A DNA stretch of 59,472 bases, counting the filler, from Sphacelaria rigidula (taxonomy: Eukaryota), in NCBI GenBank assembly GCA_964200075.2. It is 8 parts of 8 records of this genome, joined end to end, with 100 filler letters (N's around TTAATTAATTAA, not from the genome) between each part and the next. Parts side by side here need not be neighbours in the genome. Positions count along the whole stretch, not along the records: positions 44,681 to 52,026 come from CAXNAA020015325.1; positions 52,127 to 59,472 come from CAXNAA020015326.1; 6 more parts are not named here. One strand, written 5' to 3'. A program made the translations under genes and the position numbers. The first letter of the stretch is position 1. Every line of letters begins with the position of its first letter. Below the pieces are notes generated by a model that ran no database searches, was not told where the DNA came from, and saw nothing but the letters and a program-made list of their open reading frames with translations. Shown here piece after piece: positions 50,552 through 59,472 of this stretch.

Positions 50552-50619
<68 letters not shown>
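50552..50619 (+). repeat. (TTG)n microsatellite
   Basis: About 22 perfect units. Confidence 0.97.
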
Positions 50620-50620
<1 letters not shown>

Positions 50621-51380
50621 TTACACCTTTCTTCGGTGTATGATGAGGACGCATCAACCGGGGTCGCACAGGAAGACCACCGCAGGAGTCACTATTTTGA
50701 TTTTGTTTCAGTACTCGACCTTCCTCCTGTGGTGCTTGCCTTATTTTTTGTCGCGAGAGGACTTCGGCGGTCCCGTTCCCTCGCTGACCGCGAAGTAAGT
50801 AGAATTCTGTGTACCCACGACACAGTCACTATCCACCGTCTGTTGGGCACGATGTAAGAAAGAATCCCAGATTGTATGGCCCCTTCACCGAGATTCGGAC
50901 CCACGACCCAACCGTCAGAAGATTATCAGCTAAGCCATCGGGGCCACCGTTTACAACTGCAGTGCCTTTCGTTTTTCTTTGAGTGGCGAGCGAGTGGGGG
51001 TACTTTCCCGTGAAACTTGAGAACGTTCCACCTGTTTTCCCGGTTTCCCCCTTCTCGAATGGAAAAACGATCGTTTTATACGGCTTCGTCCTAAATTGAG
51101 TGGGCCCACGTCCTACATTCGAGATCTCATGTCAGTATTTCGGGTGGGGAGGAAGGGCGGCAGGGGCGGCGGGGGCGGGCGGACTTCCCATAATATTTGA
51201 TCGTGTCTATCTGCAGCACTGCTCTCATTGTGTCTGTCTGCAGCACGGTTCTTGTTTCCGTCTTCAGCACTGTTCTTGTGTCTATCTGCACTGCTCTTGC
51301 TTCCCAAGTAGTAGCTCTATTGTACTACTGTTGTAATGGTGTTGTCAGTTGTGAACGAGTTGACATCATGTGTAATTTAT

Positions 51381-51591
51381 TGTAATGCGTGAGAGGACCG
51401 CGTGCTTAGAGGACCGCATCGGAATTTGAACATCCCCATGATTAGGGTTAGGGTTAGGGTTAGTGTTGGGGTTGTGGTCAGGAGCGTGGTACCTGCAGGG
51501 ACTGGCCCGATTGGTTTTGGAAAACATCGATCCTGCGGTGTTTTGAACTACGGCGTGGTCCTCTGAGCACGCGATCCTCTCACGCATTACA
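51381..51591. mobile_element. 211-bp MITE with 35-bp TIRs and internal (TTAGGG)3; truncated second copy at 51734-51880
   Basis: tgtaatgcgtgagaggaccgcgtgcttagaggacc ... ggtcctctgagcacgcgatcctctcacgcattaca. Confidence 0.85.
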
Positions 51592-52691
51592 GGAACGTTC
51601 AAGGTTGTGTTTTGTAGAGTATGGGTATGCCAGGTAGGGTATGAGAGATTTCGAACAGAACTTACAGAATCGTCGGGTACCGGTGCGGAAGTCTTGGATA
51701 ACGTACAGAACCTGTCGAGAAGGTTATGGACGCTGTAATGCGTGAGAGGACCGCGTGCTTAGAGGACCGCATCGGAGTTTGAACATCCCCATGGTTAGGG
51801 TCAGGGTTAGGGTTAGTGTTGGGGTTATGGTCAGGGGCGTGGTGCCTGCAGGCACTGGCCCGATTGGTTTTGGAAAACATAGTTTGCTTTTGGCTCAAGA
51901 ATTATGGATTATTTGGGATGTAGAAAATACGCAATACTATAAACACGAACAAAACTGCGAGACCAAAAAAAAAAGCACGCTCTCGCAGTTGGGAAACTAT
52001 CGGGCTAACCCCTGACTACTGTAGTGNNNNNNNNNNNNNNNNNNNNNNNNNNNNNNNNNNNNNNNNNNNNTTAATTAATTAANNNNNNNNNNNNNNNNNN
52101 NNNNNNNNNNNNNNNNNNNNNNNNNNCGTTCTCTCTCTTTCTTCCTTTGGTCCTTCTCTTGCCACTTTTCTTCAAACCTGTGGGGGGAGGGGGCGGGGGG
52201 GGGGGGGGGGATTCAACATTCAAAAAGAGTCTAGCGCCAACTGGCAATTTCTTGAGCTTGCGAACTCATCACTTACGCCTACTGTTTCGAAGGGGGTAGA
52301 AGATAACGTACACCCATACAGTACAGTGGGGGTAGGGGTGGGGGTGGGGGTGGGGGGAGCATGGTGAGCGGTGGATCACCAGCGAGGCATGGCGACGCTA
52401 TTCCGGGACCCTGCACTATACTGGTACTCTGCACTATTCCGAGACCCCCGCACTGTACTGGGATCAAGCACGATTCTTGGACCCCGCGCTTTGCGATTAC
52501 TCTGATATTAATATAGTTAACGGGTTGAACTTTTGATATGTGTTGTTGACCCCACTATGACAGGAACCCCCCCGGTACTGTAGATACCAACATTAAGTAC
52601 AATGCATACTGAAGAGGACGTGCAACAAGTGATGATGACCGCACTACAGCGGGACCCATGCTAGATAAAGCTGAAATTCCATCACTGGGAG

Positions 52692-52722
52692 TGTACTCAT
52701 GATCTTGCATGCCGTCGTCATT
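52692..52722 (-). mobile_element. ~30-nt extreme 3' stub of the SINE-like element
   Basis: Minus strand reads atgacgacggcatgcaagatcatgagtaca-ctccc, matching 31455-31484. Confidence 0.6.
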
Positions 52723-53619
52723 GTGGGGTTCGTGTCTATTTCGTAACTGTCTTAATCCTTAGACCGCCAGGGTAGTCCACCCGGATCATGCATACTTTTT
52801 TCAACTGAAATTGGTGTCGATTCAACAGATGACCTACTCGCGCGGTCTAAGGGTTCAACCATCTTCACCAGAATACAGACACAGACACACACAGACCAAA
52901 ACACACGCAAAAAAATGAAGCAACCATGCACAATTGCCATCGCATCACCTCACGTAGATAGCTCATCCTCCTCCTTCTCCACTGCTGCTTATTCTCACCC
53001 GTATCAGCTCTACTTCTCCCCGTCCCCACCGACCAAACCCCCCTCACGCTCTGCGCCCCCCTCCCTTCTCAGCGTTTTTCCTCGATCAGCCTCGCCCCTG
53101 AATACAATGCTTCGCCTAAACAAACTGTGAGCTTCCCCACCCTCCCCTTCTCTGCTTCTTCGTCTTCCTCTCCCGCTTTCCTCCTCTCGCCTTCCCTGTC
53201 TTTGCTCTCGTTCTCGATTACTCGCTGTCTTTCCTTCTGCGTCTAGCTTCGTTTTCTTATCTTCGACTCTTCCTTCCCCTCGCCGTTTCCCTCCCCCCCT
53301 CCCCCCTCTCCCTCCCGAACACGTCACGGGAAAATCAGCTCGGTCGTATTTGGATAAATCTGCAAACGCGAAGGATCGAACACCATATCAACACAGACCC
53401 GCTCCGCTCGTGAGAAAAAAAAAGGAACATAAGGGGTTTGTACGGAAATCAAGGACGACCAGACAGGGTGTAGACAAGACGGGGGAACAAAGAGAGAGGG
53501 AGAAAGCACGTCTCTTTCTACAAACGTGCACCGGAAGCGGTTCACACAGACCTTCGAGTACAGCGCAGGATTAACTAGAGGCACCTCACTCCTAACTTGG
53601 TGAGGGGGGGGGGGAGGGT

Positions 53620-53810
53620 GTTCTCATCTGTTGCTTACCTTGGTCGTTTGACCATTGACCCGGCATCCCTTTCGAGACGGAGCACAGTTCCTATACCTAA
53701 TCGAGACACCTCCACATTTGTACGTCCAGCACGTTTTCCCCCATACATTACACAGTACCACTTACTGATCTGACCCTCTTACTGTTTCGCCGTCTGTGGC
53801 CACCACTCAT
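53620..53810 (-). mobile_element. LINE 3' fragment ending in a C-rich tract
   Basis: Homologous to 30430-30620; ends agatgagaaca-ccct-C11. Confidence 0.85.
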
Positions 53811-56800
53811 CTTCTTCTGTAGGAATCTGGGGCCTAAATCGGGGGAGATGCGAGAGTCTCCCGATCTGAGCAGAAAGGTTATGAACCAAAAGTCAGCGCC
53901 CAGAGAATCGGAGAATTGATCTCAGAGCTGGGCGAAAAACACTGCCCGACGGACTGGGGTCCGAAAAGTCAATCCACGGGAGAAAATCGGATTTAAATGG
54001 GCTGAAATCCTCATATTTGCACAAATACGGATTGGTGCCATACAGAGTGGCCTCAGGAGCATCATTCTGTTTGTGATCAACGCCCCCCCTCTCCGTCCGT
54101 ATCATCATAGCAGGTCACATGTTCCACGTGTCCAAACTCCGACTTATCTCCACTGTTCGATCAAGCCACCTGTTCTCCAATTCCATCTTATTTTTCTGCA
54201 ATATTCCTAGGGGTCGATCTCGTGTCTAACTGCAACATCTTCCAAGGGGCGACACAAAGTCTGATGCAGCCGTGATAAACATCGCTTAGTTCATGGGCGT
54301 TGATTCTCCGGTGCGCTGGTCCGCCAAAATTCTCGAGGCAATCGACGTTGGCAAATTTATCGCGAGCGGGATAGTGCTGTAGTACTCTTTGCAACCGACA
54401 CCATGTACCGTTGCGCGGTGTAGTAGGCATTTTTCACATGACACAAGATCGCATTCTGCATAGTAGCGTTCAGACTACGGGCGCGATCGAAACGGCAAAT
54501 TTGCATAAAGATACAAGATAGATCGCACCATCCGAACTCATCATGTTGTACGCTACAAGGATTGATTTCTTGCCTGTCAGGTGGGTAATATATCTGCCAT
54601 CGGGTGCCGACCTTGTTCATGAGCAGACCTGAATGGCTCATGCCAGCACAGGATTATCTAGACCGCTACATACACTCAGCAGCGCCATTTCGCCCGTGAC
54701 CATTGCTGTAGTCAGGGTGCAGCGTTTCGAGCTCAAACAAACCTCAGCAGCACCTTGGGTTTCTTCACGTCATCTGCAGGTGACGGTCGATAACACCCCC
54801 TGAGTGATGAGTGATACTCAACCTGGATTCCCTCGAAACGTACGAAAGCTGCAACTCTGAGAGTTACGTCATTCTCGAGTTGTAAATATATCGACGAGAA
54901 CTATAACGGCCTCCTATGCGTGCGAAATATAAAGCCTCGCCACTCGAGAACACGGATATTGAAACGTGCTGACAGGTGGCGGGGGGGGGGGGGGGGGGTG
55001 TCACACCCCATCATTCATCCATGTACAAAAGGATACTGTACATCGGTTCTCGTTTCGCGTGGGCGCTATCATTTACCCTCCCCGAAAGCTAACAATCTAT
55101 GACTAGATAATCACCCGTGGTAACAGGAGTGCATGCATGATAGCTTGATAAAGTTGGACAATTTTTTCCGTGTGTCGCTTGATCACATCGTGCAAAGAGT
55201 ACAGCACAACGCATCAACAAAGGACGGAAAAGTTGTTGTGAAACGATGGAAATAGAGCAGGACGCGGACAAACACGTGCGAGAACACAGACAAACACGCG
55301 CGCGCGCGCGCACGATCCCAGACTGTTTAGTACCTCAAGGTTTGTTGAGAGCTGCCATGCAATAGTAGCATAATGGGAAAAACACGTGCATAGGGAATGC
55401 AATCTACTCTACCGCCAAAACCACTACCAAGTCCACACCTGGCTCTCACAGCTCCTGCAGGAACCTGGACGGCATCATGGTTGTACCCGTGTAGGGAACA
55501 GCGACACGGATACCTATCTACCATAAATGGGGTACCCACTAAACATAGCTAGGGTATGTGCCGTTTCGAGGATGATCTTGAGTGCGTATGTGAGGGTATC
55601 CATGCGCTGTATCCCATCAGCGTGTTGTCCCGCGTACACTCTGCAGCTCTAACAGCCAAACTGGTAGTTCCTCAACAGACAGGCGAGTGATCTGTTTCAG
55701 CGCGATATTTCAGAAGTATTCGTTAGCATATTTTTGTCCCCTCATACTTGGAGTTAGAGCAGCGTGTGCCGCTACCGCCGTGTGCAGCACACCCTTTTGT
55801 CGTAGTAGAAGGTTTGCTCTTTCTTATACGAACGATCGTCACGCAGAGCTGCCGAAACGTCACGTTGTATAACACCCTTTAAGTGATACTGTTTCAACCT
55901 CCGAACTTCCTGGAGAAAAGAGCAACGAGACTCTCGATGGGCCGAGGTTTAGGAAGTTTCATAGAAAATAGATTCGCGCCGCCAAGATGTTCGGTAGTGT
56001 GGGCACCGTTATCTTTAAAAAAATCGACATTGAAACCCCGGGGGGTGCTATACACAGCCACGTTTCACTGGGTTCATGTTTACTCTGACGAGCAGTAGCT
56101 TGGTGTCTACTGGTACTGAAGGAAGGCCACTGGGGGGTGAATAGCAAACGGTATTGGCGTGCGCTCTTTTTTGGTGGTTCACATGTGCTCTTGCTGTGGA
56201 GCCCTCAAATTTTGTCCTCTGATTGCATTGCAGTCAGTGGTAGCAGTAGGCCAAGTCTTCATTGCGCTTCGTGTCTCCCATCTTGGTGCTTGACGCATCA
56301 GGCATCACCTGACGTAGTGGCGCATCGTGTACTATTGTACTTGTCACGTCTCATGTTCAAATGACAGACATGGGAGGGGGGTGAATGAGCTAGACTATAG
56401 CACAGCTGTTCCCTGCCGTATATTCCAGTCGGTGAACGCGCGTCCCGTAGCATATATGTTCGCTGAACCATGATGGCTAGCTACACTGCAGGGGGTCACT
56501 GTTGTTGTAACGATCTGCGGTACTGCTCCTACTCGTCCTGTTGAGCGTTTTTGGACACAAGACAACAGTTCAGTAGTTTCGCTCTTTGCTGAACCCAGCA
56601 GCGACTAAACTGTCCATGTTGCACGTCTGAACTGCTGTGCACACTGCTTGTGACTAACGGATTTATGGTGCCAGCGGACGATGTAGCACGTACAAAACTT
56701 CACTATTTTGCCTCACCATGTACTGCTGACGGATGCGTCCGTCATATTCCGGCAGGCCTTTGCCGTTGAGAGTCGCACCGCGCTCCTAAATACGGGCAGC

Positions 56801-57215
56801 CGTAAATCCCTTGAACTGCTGTTGTACCGTACTATACCGCACTGCAACTTTTACAAGATGTTTGCTGTAAGGTATCTTACTATTATATATACTGCTGTTT
56901 TCCCCTTGCTGGACGAACTGCTCTGCAAGGTATGTATACCCATGTCATCTACATTGAACCGATGACGACTTTGCCGACGCGGTATCATCCGCAGTTGTGC
57001 GCAGCCGTGTCTCTTGCGCGTCCATTTTCGTGGTGTCTGTTGTACTCTCCTGTGCTGTGCTGTACACGGACGCGCAGAGGAGGCCATGAAACACTCTACG
57101 AGTTGAAATGCTGCCACTACACCGCTTTCGCCCTATCTTTGTGTGTCACAGATTCCGATTTTGAGAAACCGTTGCAGACAGACACGGAAAGGATACACGG
57201 AGAAAAAAAAGGATC

Positions 57216-57281
57216 ATGATGCGCTTCTTCTTCCTAGCTCTGGTGGTACTGGCGATGTTGAGCGGCGCACTGAGCTTCCAG
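57216..57281 (+). CDS. First exon of a signal-peptide protein, probably plastid-targeted (MMRFFFLALVVLAMLSGALS|FQ)
   Basis: Hydrophobic signal with Phe at +1 after ALS (ASAFAP-like); CAG|gtacga donor; later exons not identified. Confidence 0.6.
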
Positions 57282-58178
57282 GTACGAGATCGCGATAGAA
57301 AATATGTCGTATCCTTAGATGGCTCGGCTACTGAACCATCGACAACTGACGATCGACAGACCCGGGTATGGCTGTGGGGGCTCTCTGCCACTGTTTTGCG
57401 AGCTCTCTGCGGACAACGGTCTCTCATGGTATACAGTATACATCCCGTCCATCACGTTTTTCGACGAATCACGAGTGAGCAACATGAATCACAATCGAGA
57501 GCGTCGTAGAGATATATTTCAGTGCGCAGGGGTATTTTTTTTTAATACTCCGATAAGATGGTCGCCCTGTTATGTATGCCATATGTGGTAGATTTTCCTT
57601 CTTCGACCGTACGGGACTGGGATCTTTACCGTTCACACGCTGAGGAAGCTAGCTCTCTTGTAGGGATACTTTGGTCTGTCGGGCATGGATTGTCACACAT
57701 CGACCCCGTATCGACCGCTTCAAAGAATTTGGAAAACAACGACTTCTGTCCACTACCCATGCCAGTCTTGCGCTCCGGCAGGCGGCAAAGAGGGTGGACC
57801 CGCCACCCGGCGGTCTTTCCGTCGGTAATTTCGACGTGTAGTTGGACCTTCTGGTGATACGATGCAGAAAAAGCATGAAAAATGTACCGAAAGATGCCGG
57901 CATCCATCTAGGACATGGTTCGTGAGTTGCATGTGGGAGACTGAGTATCTTCAAGATTGATCTTGACAAAAGTCGTTCGCGTACAGGGGTAGCGGCGACC
58001 GTTCAACTGTAGAGATGTCCACTCGGGTCAGCGCAGCCGCCACCGATATAACTTCTGCCGCTTCATTTCAATGCACAAAGAAAGAAAAAAAATATCCAAT
58101 GGCGCCGTCGTCGAATAATTGCGGGTCAATTCACTGAAGTTTTTCCGTGCCGTTTCGCGCCCCCATCGTCTGTACGAT

Positions 58179-58390
58179 GGTCGTCAGTACTGAGGGCCTG
58201 TCTTAGCACATGAGTTTTCGATCGAAAAAGTGCGATGGAAAACAAAAACCCTGATCTGATCGGTCGTAATTTCAACTGTCTTCAAAATCAACGACGATGG
58301 TTGAAATTACGACCGATCAGATCAGGATTTTTGTTTTCCATCGCACTTTTTCGATCGAAAACCCATGTGCTAAGACAGGGCCTGACGACC
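58179..58390. ncRNA. Long stem-loop: candidate miRNA/hpRNA precursor or young foldback
   Basis: ~84-bp near-perfect arms (58193-58276 and 58300-58383) with a 23-nt loop; weaker pairing continues outward. Confidence 0.5.
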
Positions 58391-58525
58391 TTGGGCGATG
58401 CGCTGCAGTTCCCAAAGGGGCCACGAAATAGCACACACGGAATGAACCCCAACATGGTGCCATTCTCCACAAGTACTCCGTGACCCGGTCAAGAATACAC
58501 TCCGATTTAGAATACACCCTCCATA

Positions 58526-58829
58526 TTAGGCCCATCATTGTCGACACTGTTTTTCGGAGTTCGCCGGAGTTTCCGGGACTGGTCAGGTAGCTGATGACTC
58601 GAACACTTGCAATCTACACGGTGTACACACAGGGTAGCTCTCCGAAGTCCTGCGTTGTGTTGCAGTCCAGTCCAATTTTTTCGGACTTGTCCAAGAATGA
58701 ATCTCAGGAGGAAAAATCGAAAAATCAAGCCGGGTCGTTCCACGAGAAGTCTAAACGCAGAGTCCGGAAAGTCGAAGAAAAATCTCTGAGATCTTTTTAA
58801 AAAAATGGTGTCGGTAATACTGAGCCTTA
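58526..58829. mobile_element. MITE, same family as 6142-6411, opposite orientation
   Basis: TIRs ttaggcccatcattgtcgacactgttttt / aaaaatggtgtcggtaatactgagcctta. Confidence 0.75.
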
Positions 58830-59472
58830 TCCGAGCTATATACATGCGTATATGAGTAAAGAGGTGAGTGGTCGGGTAGCCTCAGTACCGCCGTGGTGTA
58901 TTCTGGACCCCTTTGGCATCAGAAAACAGTGTTTGACGAGGGATGAACAACTCTCTTCCTATTATACCTCCTCACTATCGTACGGACGCATTTTGCCTCG
59001 GTCGCTCGCGTGGAGGGCGATGTACAGTACCCTGTTGCACCTCAAATCCCCTCAGTCGAACCGTAGCCGGGCCCCTATGACTGTGTCGAGGGAAAACACT
59101 CTTTGGTTCGACCGTGCACACGGTAGATTAGAGCTTGCGGATCACGAAGGCAAGACATGCTGGTGTTGCGCGTGGTCCTGGTGAAGAACGTCGGGGTCAT
59201 CACCGACTGTTGGTATTGTTCCGAAAAGCGGTCTGGCGCAAGAAGTGGCTGCAGTTCCACCCCACGGCAGTTATCAAGCCGCTGCAGCTGTCGGGTCGCG
59301 CTACCCGGATGTGTTGGTGATGTTGAACATGAAGCACCTCGCGCTTCCCACAGCAACGCTATCTGGAGCTAGAGCAGAGCCAGTTCGGCGTCGATGTGAA
59401 CATTCCACGGTTAGGACGAATCATCACGACTCAAAATCACCAAATTCACGATTTCTTCGACCTGATTGCCTA

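Noticed and set aside
50640-50800. Possible plus-strand exon ending in gtaagt
   Set aside because: No partner exon or recognisable product.

Overview
Eukaryotic, repeat-rich, intron-containing DNA, most consistent with a stramenopile and probably a brown alga (inference from PPR style, an ASAFAP-like targeting exon, TTAGGG repeats and the TE complement). The window is not one locus. Seven identical 100-nt linkers (N44-TTAATTAATTAA-N44) cut it into eight blocks of 7346-7347 bp, so nothing is joined across linkers. Host genes: a 2-exon 7-TM protein, an intronless 17-repeat PPR protein, four phase-consistent exons of an XK/Xkr-like membrane protein, and two isolated first exons encoding signal peptides. 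The rest is mostly decayed TEs: LINE fragments, two Ty3/gypsy families, a Ty1/copia, an IS630-Tc1-mariner-like transposase, a non-autonomous hAT and several MITE/foldback elements. Most notable: (1) a LINE plus a ~520-bp SINE-like partner whose eight 3' ends all read ...TGAGTAC(A) followed by C-rich sequence or poly(C), never poly(A); (2) a gypsy integrase with a chromo-like and a Tudor-like C-terminal module; (3) a long, probably intronic hairpin that is a miRNA-precursor candidate.
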